Shown here in pieces: positions 31,404 to 42,879 of a stretch of 64,000 bases of DNA (within the stretch, counting starts at the first letter, position 1; each line of letters opens with the position of its first letter). The stretch is from Psammoneis japonica. Its lineage: Eukaryota. Location of the stretch: contig QPGO01000102.1 in NCBI GenBank assembly GCA_008632985.1, positions 124,001 to 188,000 on the forward strand, read 5' to 3'. The position numbers and the translations under genes are program-made. The notes under the pieces were generated by a model. It was not told the origin of the DNA, did not search any database, and was given only the letters and a program-made list of their open reading frames with translations.

Positions 31404-32294
31404 ATGGTGTCTTCAAGCGATTTACAAGACATCTTGGCCATGAGAGTTCCTAATGTTGAGTCGGTTGAACTCGTTGGCAGAAACATCGGAGATGAAGAGA
31501 TGCGCCAGTTATGCCGAGTGATCCCGTCTCTACCACGACTAAGGCAGTTGTCGTTATCTCTGAACAACTTTGGCCCGACTGGCGTCAAGTGTCTGTGTGA
31601 GGCGTTGAGGAACAATACTTCAGTCGAGACACTCGACCTATACTGCAATCGTCAGATTGGCGATGAGGGCGCAAAACACATTGGAGAAATGTTGAAAACA
31701 AATCATACGATCAAAAGATTCTGTCTAATTCGCGCTAATGTTAGAGATTATGGTGCACAAGCGCTTTTTAAGGGACTTGCCCAGAATGACACAGTTGTGC
31801 GCGTTTGTCTCATCGGGAATCGCATAGGAGATAAAGGCGCCAGAGCCATCGGGAAAGGCTTTACCCAGAATATGAGAATTAAGACACTGCAACTCTACGG
31901 CAATCGAATCGGCGACGAAGGCGCCAGAGCTTTTGGAAAGATGCTGCAAAAGAATCGCACGATAAAACGTTTCGACGTCCGGCGAAATCAGTATGGTGAT
32001 GCTGGAGAGAGAGCTTTAGCTCATGCACTAAAGGAAAACACAGCAATACCTTGTTTTCTTTTGGGTAGCATTGTTGGAAAGAAAGCATGTGCTGAAATCG
32101 AGGATTATCGTCATTGCAAAAAGAAAGGAAGCTCCTTGTTGCGAAAGTCTTTGGTCCCTGATGCCTTGTGGGCAAATGTGTTGGGGCGCATGCGAAAAGA
32201 GCCTGATTTGATTTACCACTTCCTCAAGGAAAAGCCTTCTCTATTCAAGACGACCACCACGGAAAATCGCAAGCGAAAACGTGAGGCGCTTTGA
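31404..32294 (+). CDS. RNI-like LRR protein, paralogue of 21266-22153
   Basis: Intact ORF from ATG 31404, with the same repeats and a near-identical C-terminus (ENRKRKREAL). Confidence 0.9.
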   Translation: MVSSSDLQDILAMRVPNVESVELVGRNIGDEEMRQLCRVIPSLPRLRQLSLSLNNFGPTGVKCLCEALRNNTSVETLDLYCNRQIGDEGAKHIGEMLKTNHTIKRFCLIRANVRDYGAQALFKGLAQNDTVVRVCLIGNRIGDKGARAIGKGFTQNMRIKTLQLYGNRIGDEGARAFGKMLQKNRTIKRFDVRRNQYGDAGERALAHALKENTAIPCFLLGSIVGKKACAEIEDYRHCKKKGSSLLRKSLVPDALWANVLGRMRKEPDLIYHFLKEKPSLFKTTTTENRKRKREAL

Positions 32295-32624
32295 ATTCCC
32301 TCTCTAGAACCGCTGTGGTCGATGCACAGCATGAAACTCCTTTCCAAAGCATGGTTCTTGTAGATAGTTATGAGTTTAGGTAATGTAATACTGCATCTAT
32401 TCGTAAGACTACTAGTAGGGCCCTACTCTATGAATTACAGCATTGTAGGTATCTTTGAGCAGTTCAAATGCCGACAGGGCTACTAGATAGAGCATCCTGT
32501 GATCCTGCATAATGATGGCATTTACGATGAAAACTTGGCGGGCTTGCTTGCTTGAGACGTCCGTCCGTCTGTCTGGCAGTCCGTCCGTCTGTCTGTGCTC
32601 CGCCATCTGTTACCGTCCCTGCTT

Positions 32625-32940
32625 ATGCACACGAACCACCTGGTGGTCCGTGTGCATTTTTGGGTGCACACGAACCACCTGGTGGTTCGTGTGCACCCTA
32701 CGCAAAATGCTGCGTAGATTTGTACCGAATAAATCTGAGTACAGTAAATCCGACGTAGGATCTACGTGTTTGTACCACTCAACACTTGTCCACCGAGCCG
32801 GCAGTCTGTGCCGGCCGTCGTGATAAATATTTTATGTCAAAGAAAGAGTTCGTCAGGGCCGGCGAACAACACCCCACTACGATGCGACTGGTATAAAATG
32901 TACGTAAATGCACAGGAACCAGCATGTGGTTCGTGTGCAA
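32625..32940. repeat. Three related long palindromes upstream of SF3A3
   Basis: gggtgcacacgaaccacc-t-ggtggttcgtgtgcaccc (32662-32698, perfect 18-bp arms); variants at 32625-32657 and 32908-32940. Confidence 0.85.
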
Positions 32941-32988
32941 ATTAGAGCTCGTGAAAAATAAGCATATTCTCAGAAAACGCATCCGACA

Positions 32989-35076
32989 ATGGCGTCGTCG
33001 CTGTCCGCTGATGGTGAGCCTCCACCTCCGCCGCCGCCACCACCGCCGTTACCGCCACAAGAGCCTCCGCCGCCACCACCACCGCCGCCACCTCCTCCTG
33101 CTGAAATTCCTCCCCCACCACCGCCGCCTCTGCCTGTCGAAGTGTCTGACGAGACTCGCCAGTTAGTCAAGAGCGCCTGCAGCACATTGGAGGAAGGTCG
33201 TTGCTTGGAGGCTGAATTGGAAGCCTGTCTCTTGTATGGATCGTCTCTGCTTCAACATCCTCATGGAATTGAAGATACAGAAGGTTTGCCGGGTGGAGTA
33301 GAAGATGCGTGGGCGGTGCTACAGGAAGCAACAGCAACACCTGCCGAAGAAGAGGAAAGCAGCGGCGCAGGAAATAGCTCAGCCACGGTCTTTGGAATTA
33401 TTACAGAACAAGATAAGGATCAAAAAAGAGGATACAAGATTGGTCATGGACAACTGGGAAAAGCGGCATACATGACTGCGCTGGCAACCACTTTAAAACG
33501 AGCCAACACTGTCGCAAAGTCTACCATGAGTCGACGAGAAGCGGAATCAAAACTCTTCAAGTCAGCCATGAAGGAGAGTGCTAATAATCCTCAGGCTTTG
33601 CTACAAATCATGGATGACTCCTTGAAGGACATTCGGTCGTATCATGCTCGTCATGATGAGACTGCTACTTCTCGGCCGTTGAAGCGACAACGTGTGGTAC
33701 TTGGTAATCCCACTGCGGACGGGTACGATTTAGCGTCCATTATAGCACAAGCCATGCACGGCGACGACAAGAGCTCCTTGGACGTCATATATTCGTCCGA
33801 AGAAGTCATGGGCAAGTATTTGGATTTGCAAAAGAGTCACGAACTCTTTTATCAATCCATGGATCATCACAAGACCTTCTTTGACTTTGTCACGATGCTA
33901 AGCAATCGATTGGAAGATCTCGACGAAGACAAGAAACTCAAGGAGCGGAAAAAATACATGCGCTTTTTGAGCCATTTGCAAGACTACTTGCAAGATTTTT
34001 TGAATCGAACGTCTCCCCTGTTGGACCTCAAACAAATTACGGAGCCAGCCTTGGAGGAATTTGAAGCCGAGTGGGGTCAAAACGGCGGTACCAAGACTTG
34101 GAAACACGTGCCTGCCGAAGCGGCATTCTCCTCTACAAAGACGAGCGAGATGGATGCCTTGGACTTGTCAAAGTTTTCGTCTGTGGATGAACTCGAGGAA
34201 AAGGTGGATGGCAACGCGCTCAAAGCGGAACTGTCACGGTTAAGTCTCAAGTGTGGTGGTACCGTAAAAGATCGGGCGAAACGATTGTGGCTCACCAAGG
34301 ACACGCCTCTGGAAAAGTTACCGAAAAAGCTATTTGTAGCGACCCAAGAGCGTCGTATTGATATCGCTCGCAAGGAAGCGGTCGTGGTGGCGCTTTTGGA
34401 TCAATTGCGTCCGACTCTGGAAGCCACACTTCGTCGTGCGGAACGAAGACAAACGCAGACGTTGAATGAACGAGAGCAAGAAGTTAAGGAAGAGCTGCAC
34501 GGGTCGTCTCTAGAAAAAGACAAGGACGAAGAAAACGAGGCTAATTCGTCGGACGAGGAAGAAGAGGATGCTCCCATTTACAACCCCAAGGGTGTGCCGT
34601 TGGGTTGGGATGGCAAGCCCATCCCTTATTGGCTTTTCAAACTGCACGGTCTCAACCATTTCTATCCGTGTGAGATTTGTGGTAACGAGTCTTATCGTGG
34701 TCGTAGGAACTTTGAAAAGCACTTTGCCGAATCCAAACACGTGCACGGCGTAAGTTAAATATGTTTGTGTGAATTTCACCCCATTCAATGTGATTCCATT
34801 CCTTATATTTTTTGTTCCACTCCATCCACATCCGTGACACAACCGTGACCGGCAAAAACAAAGATGCGGTGTTTGGGCATTTCCAACACGCAACACTTCC
34901 ACGGCATTACTAAGATTCAAGACGCGCAGGAATTGTGGGAAAAACTACAAAAGGACTTGTCGGAAGGCGAGCACGCCATGTTTGACTCGTCCAAGCAAGA
35001 AGAATACGAAGACTCGCATGGGAACGTCCTGACTAGAGCTACATATGAAGATTTGGCGAGGCAGGGTTTGTTGTAA
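32989..35076 (+). CDS. SF3A3: Splicing factor 3A subunit 3 (Prp9/SF3a60); intron 34750-34863
   Basis: 'LKCGGTVKDRAKRLW', 'YNPKGVPLGWDGKPIPYWLFKLHGL', 'CEICGN..Y.GRR.FEKHF.E.KH.HG|MRCLGI', 'EEYEDSHGNV...YEDLARQGLL'. A GT-AG intron joins the frames. Confidence 0.95.
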
Positions 35077-35394
35077 AGTCATAGTGCTAGTTCACTCAAT
35101 CTCCAGTTAGGCGAACAGCGAAGCGACAACAGATATACTATATCAGATGTTTCATGCCATTGTTACTCTGCAGTAGTTCGCTCTCAACAACGTCATTGAA
35201 AGTCAAACCAAGAGTTGGCAGACACATTCCTTGATCGCTCAACTCTCTTACACCTTCTTTCAGACACCACAGGATGATTCTCCGACTGAAATGACTGAGT
35301 GCAAGAAGGACTCGGATTGGGCCGGTGACATTCGTCATTGACGTTCTATCTCGGGCATTGCATTCTTGCTTGCTAGCACTGCCATTGAGTAAAA

Positions 35395-35750
35395 ACTTGT
35401 GTGCAACCAATGGTGTCTGCCTCATCCTCCTCTGGAGCAGAACTCATTGATGCTTGTGTGATGCCAACAAGATGGCTCTGTGCTTGCATGTTTTTCTTGA
35501 TGAATTGTCTGTCCCTCAAAAGCAGGCTTCACTGGTTTACAAAAACAGTGCTGCATCCCTTTTGATGGCCAATGCCAGCCAACAATCTGAACGATGCCGC
35601 ACCTGCCATGTTGACATGTTTTGGCCATTTTGCTCAACAGAACTGGGTGGAACAAGAGTTGGTTAGAGTGCCAAGCAGGTGCTGCTGCAATGATGAATTG
35701 ATTGTTTTGTCCACTGGTCACTGGCAAAGCAAATGTGTGCCCCATCTTTG
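35395..35750 (+). mobile_element. Ty1/Copia RNase H remnant (diatom CoDi-like), heavily degenerate
   Basis: Across frames: 'SSSGAEL...CDANKMALCLHVFLDELSVPQKQASLVYKNSAASLLMANASQ...RTCHVD...QNWVEQELV', matching the Copia RNase HI pattern SS.EAE...DN..A...A....RT.H.D. Confidence 0.75.
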
Positions 35751-35859
35751 CTGGGGTCTGCCTGGTTCTCTTGTTGCTGTGTGCAGGAGGAGGGGGGGGG
35801 GGGGGGGGGGGGGAATGGTGAGAGCACCTCATTCTCACACAGATGCAAGGATTCTGGGT

Positions 35860-38800
35860 GATGGCCAAGAATCATGACTGACAAGAATGTTCTTGAAAGT
35901 GCAAACCACAACCAGAGTGTGCCAAAAAAACATTGGCAGCCATGTTGTCAGAGGCAATTGTCACACACTTGGACACCAACTGAAGTGGAGCACCAGCTGG
36001 ATGATTTGTTGCCTTTGAGAAATTAGATCAGTTCCCCAGACAAACACACAATGTGGAGATGATGCCAGAGCAAATGAGAGAGATTGATGGAGTTGCAGGA
36101 GCCACCAACCAAATGAACAATGCCTGCATGGCACCAAGCTGCAGCCCTTTTGGAGGTCAGACAACAGATTGTTGCCTCCAAAGCACAGAGACAACATCTG
36201 GCACATGCTGGCATGCCGCGGTGTTGGGCATTGGTTGAGACATGCAGCAGTGGACTGTTGCCAACTTGAAGCCTTCACAAAGGCAATGGGTGGCAAAACA
36301 CGCATCTGGGCCATGTGGAGCAAACACAAAATGCCACACGGTGGAGCAAATTGCAGGACAATCCTGCCCAAAACACACGCCATCCACACCTGGTGGGGGT
36401 GCACCGCTCATGTGCCATTGTGCCAGGACAGAGTGCCAGGCGCAGACCAGCAGTGGGGGAGCTGTCATTGTCATCATCAGAGGTGCTTGTCACTCACTTG
36501 GACACCAACTGAAGTGGAGCACCAGGCAGCTGGATGATTTTGCTGCCTTTGAGAAATTAGATCAACTCCCCAGATGAACACACAGATGTGGAGATGATGC
36601 CAGAGCAAGCAAGAAAGGTCAGCAGAGTTGCAGGAGCCACCAACCAAATGACCAATGTTTGCACAGCACCAAGCTGTGGCCCTTTTGGGGTTGGGGAAAA
36701 CAGAAGATTTCTTCCAAAGGGCAGACAACATCTGGCACATGATGCTGGCAGCATGCTGTGGTGTTGGGAGCACTGGCTGGGACATGCAGCAGTGCACTGT
36801 TGCAAACTTGAAGTCTTTGTCACAAAGACAATGGGTGACAAAACATGCATCTGGGCCATGTGGGGCAAACACAAAATGGCACAAGGTGGGGCAAACTGCT
36901 GGGACAATCCCACCCACCACACATGCTGTCTGCACCTGGTGGATGGTGGAGGATGCGCCACTCACCATGTGCCAGTGCACCAGGACAGAGTGCCAGCAGA
37001 CCAGTGGTGGTGGGTGACCTGTCATTGATGGAGACAACTCTGGACACCTGTGCAATGTGAAAGCTGGGGCTGATCCAGAGCTGCTGGTTGAGACAACATT
37101 GCAACACCACAGCTGTGACAATGGAAGGAATTCATGTTCCCATGGAGCCAAGGATGCTGCAAAACAAACTTGCGTGCATGAAGCAGTTGATGCCCAGGAG
37201 GAGCTGGGCAAGGTGATGCCTGCCCAAGTTCTGTTGAGGGTTTTGCGTTGCCCTCAACCAGAAGTTTGCACAGAGAATGTGTTGATGACATGCAAGCTTG
37301 TGGGAACAAGGGCAGCAGCAGACACACAACAGCTGTCTTCAAGCCACAACTGACATTGTGTGGGGCCAGCAGGACCACACTCATCACAATGAGCAGCACA
37401 TCCACCCAACAAATTCATGATGCTCACATGGGCACAGATGGGTGCAGCTTTTGTGAGCAGGTGCAATTTGAGCATGCAGTTGGGCCACAAAACTTGCCCC
37501 CAATGGAGCAGCTCCTCTTTGACAGAACATCAGACAATCTGTTCAAAATTTAGACCCCAAGTGCTTGAAAGTGTGGCCCAACAACCATGTCATGCTGGGG
37601 ATGTGGCAAGGGATCATGTGCACAGAAAGTGCTGCAAAAAGCGCCCATTTGCATGCCCAACTCAATGGCACCAGCAAAAATGCTTGATGTTTGCACTGCT
37701 GCTTTCTTGGGGTGGGGAGACACCATCATTTGATTTCACAAGTCCCAAAACACCAGCAGCAGGGCCCATCATTTCTGGGTCAACATTGGCTGTGCAGTGC
37801 AGAAGCAAGCCAGCCATTCAATGCAGCAACAACAGCTGACAAGCTGTGGTCTCCTTGTCAGAGGCACTTGCCAAGACATTGGCAAATCTGTGGGGAAGTG
37901 GCAAAAGTGAGTGAGAGCAGCACTCATTCTGTGAAATGAAAATCTGCCCAACAAGTGCTGGCAGTGGGGGGCTCGCCCTCCAGCAGTGTCCGGAGCAAGA
38001 GGCGAGAGAGGAGGAGGAGAGCAAGAAAGTTTTGGCTGTGTGTGTCCAAGCCTGTGCTCTTGGCTCATTCCATGATCTGCCAAGACACCCAGTTGTGTCC
38101 AGAGCAGAAGGAGATCCATGACTGCAAATTTGGATCAGAGATTGTGATGTGGCTGTTGCAGGGTTCAACGGTGCTGGCGGGTGTTTTGCCTGCGGGGAGA
38201 GCCTGTGGTGTTGCAGGTCAAAATTTTCCCAATTCATGTTCAACTGCAGTGACACCCTTGCCAAGAATTTGGCCCCAGTGCTTTTTGCTGCCATCTTCAG
38301 CACATGCCATTGCTGGATGTCACCATCCCACCTTCATTTTGGACAACTCAGTGGGCATCATTTTCTGTTGATCACCACTGGCAGAGAAGATGTTCCCCAT
38401 CTTTCTTGGGATCTGGGTGGGTTCTCCCACCAGTGTGTGTGGTGGGGTGGCTGGAGCTTGCTGACAGCATCATTCCTGCACAGATGGTGCACAGATGCAC
38501 AGACCCTCATTGTTGCCAAGAATCATGACTGACAAGAATGAGAGAGGGAACGCCAAAAGCACGGGGGCACCCATGTTGTCACAGACACCCACTGAAGCAG
38601 AGGGGGGCCACTTGAACAATTTCATTGCCATGGACACAGGTGCCAGAGCAACGAAAAGAATGGCGGAAATGCAGCTGGCATCCAAGCAACAAACAAAGCA
38701 AGCAAGGGAAAGCTGTGGCTTTCTTGGATCAAACAATGGACAACTGCACCCAACAAAGTGGGCGGTGTTGTCTGACACATGCTGTTGAAATGAGGAAGAT

Positions 38801-39300
38801 GTTGCAGTGGCAAATTGGCAACAAGAAGGGCTGCAAATGATTGTGCCACAGCATTGGAAGTGTGCTGACAGCTGGGGCATGCAAAAGCAAGCAATTGCTG
38901 CTGCTGACTTGAAGCCTTTGCAGAGGCAGTGAATTGCAAAACATGGTGAATCTGGGCAGTGTGGTGCAAACAAAGTGCCACACAGGTGGAGCAAATTGCC
39001 AGTGCAACCCTGCTTGTGCTGTCTGCCTGGTGGAGGATGCTGTTCATGTGCCAGCACATGCATCATCAGGACAGAGCAGGAGCAGGCAAAAGCGGGGCTT
39101 GTCATTGAACAAACTTCAGATCTGGGCAATGAAGGCCAGGGCTGATCTGGAGCTGGTTGCTTGAGATGGCAAGGCAGTGGCTGCTGTGACAATGGAAGGC
39201 AGTGTGCCCATGGAGCTAAAATTGACAATGATGCTCCAGGGTGAAAGTTGCAGAGGGGCAGCAGTTGCCATGACCCAGGAGGAGCCAAAGCAGAGCCAAG
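35860..39300. repeat. Degenerate repeated sequence: ~530-bp tandem duplication (35961 and 36490) plus a more diverged copy at about 38500-39300
   Basis: cacttggacaccaactgaagtggagcacca...gagaaattagatca occurs at both sites. gccaagaatcatgactgacaagaatg at about 35864 and 38515; ggtggagcaaattgc at 36340 and 38985. Source gene not recognised. Confidence 0.75.
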
Positions 39301-40509
39301 CCTTGCAGAGGGTTCTTGTTGCACTGCACTGGGCTGGACTGGAATTTGCAAACTCACAGAAACACAAGAGGTGGTGACAAAGAAGCAGACATGATGGCTG
39401 GTTGTTCTTGAGTCTGGTGTGATGCTGCATGAGGCCAGTCAGAGCACTGGAGCACAGCAGATGACTGAACAATCATGGCTGCCCTCTGGCATGCCACTTT
39501 GGTGGTGGAATGTGAGATGGCAATCTGGGCTCATGTTGGCAAATGGCAAACTCCCAGGCAGCAAGTGCTTGAGAGCATGGCCAAACAACAAAAAATGTGG
39601 GCACGTTGCAAGGGATGTGCACAGAGCACTTTTGAAAAAAGAGGGCCATCAGATGAAGCAGGAGCCACTGAAGCAGATCCAGCTCTGCAGCAGCACCACC
39701 AACAGCAACACTTGAAACATTGATGCTGCCACACAGGGCGGGAACTTCTTCTTTGCTTGCTTTTGTTGGCAGAAAGCCAGCAGAAGGAGGAGGGTCAGGA
39801 GGAGGAGGAGAGTCATTGCCACTTTTCTGGGATGATGGTGAGATGCAAAAAACCATTTGGTGTGACAACAAACTGTGATTTTTGAGTTGTTGATCATTTG
39901 TTTGTTGGAGTCACTTGTCAAGACATTTGCAAAGCTGCAGGCAGGGGAGAGCAGCTGAAGCTCTTGTGAGAGCAAGGGAGACACTCTCTAAAATTGAGGG
40001 TCCTCCTCTGCCGCCCTGGTGCTCAACAAGGATGATGATGCCCAGTTGCATCGAGAAGGAGATTGATGATTTTGCAAATCCAGCCCAAATGCATTGTGGC
40101 TGTGGCTTAAATGTTTTTGTTCTAGAAACACCGTGACACAGCAGAAGAACCCACTGGGTGGGGGTGTGCACATGGTGAGTGGGGGGGGAGCAGTGGAATC
40201 AGGAGGATGAAAGTGCCAACAACACAAAACATTTCTTGGAAACGCAGCGGAAGTTGAGAGTGAGGGGGTGGCTCATTCCAAAATGAATGTCCATCCGACG
40301 AGACACTCAGGACACCCAGTTGCGTGGGTGATCTTGCAAATCTGGACCCGACAGATGGGGGGGCTGTGGTTTCAAGTTTCAACACACAGTGCCGCGGCCT
40401 GTGGTTTTCGCAGTTTTTAATTTGCCCATTTTCGACAGATTTTTGATCTTTTCAAATTTTACTTTTCGGATTTTTCACTCCGAAATTCTCTCTTGGTTCT
40501 CGGTCGACC

Positions 40510-41703
40510 ATGGCGAAGCAAACAAAGCGGAGCCGCAACAACAACGCCATCAGCGGTAATGCTACTTCTGAATCACCCGTCAATGATACTCTTTCTCCTC
40601 CTACAGTTGGTAGTGGCAGATTGGATTGGCTGATTGTATTTCTTGGCGTACTTCTTGCGTTTTCGTTTGGGGTGCTACTGGAGCAGATTCGAGCGCTTTG
40701 GTTAGAGAGTAATGACAGTAGCAGTACGGATGTTAGAGAAAGCGAAGGACGTGGAGTAGCTCGAATCATACTACCAGATTTGAAAGAATACAATGATACG
40801 GATAAAGAGGTGGAAGCAGAGATTATGGCCTTTGTGGATCGAAACGAGCCTTTTGTCTGTCGATTCTGCCTGCCGCCTGCGAGTCTCGGAGGATGGTGGG
40901 ACGATGACGCGAATCTTATCAAAGTCATTGGAGCAGACACTCGATTACTTGTTCGAGTGGCACAACGAAATAACATTATGGGGAATAACAAGGGCTTGCA
41001 TGAAACTCCTCCCACTCAATTTCGCCGAACCACAGCTCCCGGGATGCAAGGTGGAATTGGATCTGCTTACCAAGAAAGAAACATGACAGCCGCCGAGTTT
41101 TTCTCGACATACAATACCCAAGGCAGCGTCAGTCACCGAGAAACTGTAAAGGAACACTTGTATCTTGCACAGATTGACATAGTATCCATGCTTCCGGATT
41201 TGCTTCCCTATGTTTACAGCTCCGCACCGCCTCCGAATCTCCTTTTGGAATCAATCGGACCCACTCCGTCAGCCTCCAGAAGACCCTTTTCTATGTACCT
41301 TGGAGCCGGACTACGTACATTGCAGACACATTATGACTCGTTTGAAAATGTGGTTTGCGTTGTCAGTGGAGGTTCCAAGACGTTTGCCTTGTATGATCCC
41401 ATGACTTCCTCCAAGCTCTTGTACGTGGACAGATCGGTAGACGGAAATGGATCGCCGGTACCTCCAGACACTCGAGACGATGCAAATTTTCCACTTTCAA
41501 AGTATGCATTACCATCCACTGTTACGTTGCATGCTGGAGATTGTCTTTATCTGCCTGTGTACTGGTATCACAGCGTCACGTCATCGCAAGAGCGAACCAT
41601 TTCGCTCAACTGGTGGCGAGAGCCTAACCCCAACAAGATGAGTCTCTTGGAGCATCTCTTTTGTGGCAAGGATGACTATGGTGCCAGTGCTAAGTGCGAA
41701 TGA
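40510..41703 (+). CDS. JmjC / cupin-8-type 2OG-Fe(II) oxygenase with an N-terminal TM segment
   Basis: 'LYLAQ', 'THYDSFENVVCVVSGGSKTF', 'LHAGDCLYLPVYWYHSV', 'ISLNWW'. Confidence 0.85.
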   Translation: MAKQTKRSRNNNAISGNATSESPVNDTLSPPTVGSGRLDWLIVFLGVLLAFSFGVLLEQIRALWLESNDSSSTDVRESEGRGVARIILPDLKEYNDTDKEVEAEIMAFVDRNEPFVCRFCLPPASLGGWWDDDANLIKVIGADTRLLVRVAQRNNIMGNNKGLHETPPTQFRRTTAPGMQGGIGSAYQERNMTAAEFFSTYNTQGSVSHRETVKEHLYLAQIDIVSMLPDLLPYVYSSAPPPNLLLESIGPTPSASRRPFSMYLGAGLRTLQTHYDSFENVVCVVSGGSKTFALYDPMTSSKLLYVDRSVDGNGSPVPPDTRDDANFPLSKYALPSTVTLHAGDCLYLPVYWYHSVTSSQERTISLNWWREPNPNKMSLLEHLFCGKDDYGASAKCE

Positions 41704-42287
41704 AGAAACGAAACCAAGAGTTGAAGCATGCCGCTGATTCAGCGGATTACGACTATGCAGAATGCAGAATGGCTTTGTTTTGGAAGCTGCAATTCAACTT
41801 CATTCCCTGACGAGATTGAAACTACCTCTTTACATGAAAGAGACGAACTGCATTACTAGCGGTAGACTGTCGACATATTTAGAACTCATTTCGCCTCCTC
41901 CGGTGCTTTGACGTGTACTGTGTATGGATTCCGTCTCTTGATGGCCGATTGCTCCTCCAGAGAGAGGAATACTCGAGTCTCCCTCCGTCTTGAAGCATTG
42001 GTCTTACCGTATTTCCATAGTCTTAGCGATCGATTTCCCTGAGGTTGGTAATTTATAGCTAGAAGCTAGAGAAAGGCTAGAGTCAGATACTCTAGGGCTA
42101 CTAGCTACTTTAGAGAGTAAAGCAGTCTCTAGCTAGAGAGTAGAAAGCGTGAGGAGTCGTCGCCACGCACCGACGGTGGCAATGATCCATGGCCTGCTCG
42201 TCGTCAGTCTACAGGACGGAGAAAGCTGTACTGGATCTACGTAAACCGCAACGGAATAGCAAAACGACGCAACAACAAAAGATCGCC

Positions 42288-42764
42288 ATGAGCAATGATG
42301 ACGAGGGTCCGTTTACAACCAATGCCGAAGATCAAGGCGAAGCCTTGAAACTCAAGCAGAGATTAGCATCTGCTTCGGAGAAAAGTTCACAGTCACAGTC
42401 GGAATCATCCGCAAAAGGAGATGATGTACCATCCGTTACAATTGCCAACGGTGCACACAAGTACGTTCTTATTTCTGCGGAAAAGTCAGGGAAGAAACGT
42501 GACTTTGTCGTGAGCCGACGGGGTGCAGCCTATCATCGAAACGCCGCAGAACCTATGGTTTATACCTTAGAAACACATGGATACCGAAATATAGAAATCA
42601 AAGGAGGCGGTCGCATTCATCTGGACGAGGTAAACAACACAATCTCTATCTTTGGCTTCAGCTATGGTTTCGGAGCAGCTAATCATGCTGTGAGCAAGTA
42701 TGTAATCGAGCACGACGAGAGATACAAAGGCTATACTATTACCATTTCAGACGATGGCTACTAG
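42288..42764 (+). CDS. PHPT1: Janus/Ocnus family 14-kDa phosphohistidine phosphatase-like protein
   Basis: 'GAHKYVLI', 'AAYH', 'GGGRI', 'IFGFSYGFGAANH', C-terminal 'DDGY'. Alternative start at 42189. Confidence 0.85.
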   Translation: MSNDDEGPFTTNAEDQGEALKLKQRLASASEKSSQSQSESSAKGDDVPSVTIANGAHKYVLISAEKSGKKRDFVVSRRGAAYHRNAAEPMVYTLETHGYRNIEIKGGGRIHLDEVNNTISIFGFSYGFGAANHAVSKYVIEHDERYKGYTITISDDGY

Positions 42765-42879
42765 CTGAAGCAAGAAATAGAGTAGACCATAGCCAGACAA
42801 AATGAAATCTAATAGTATCGTCTATGATCTTTTCTTCGTCTTTGGCTTTTGCCCCTCTTAAATCGATATCGGCAGTAGC

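Noticed and set aside
42050..42150. CTAG/TAG-rich cluster
   Set aside because: Low-complexity intergenic stretch with no clear period or homologue in the window.
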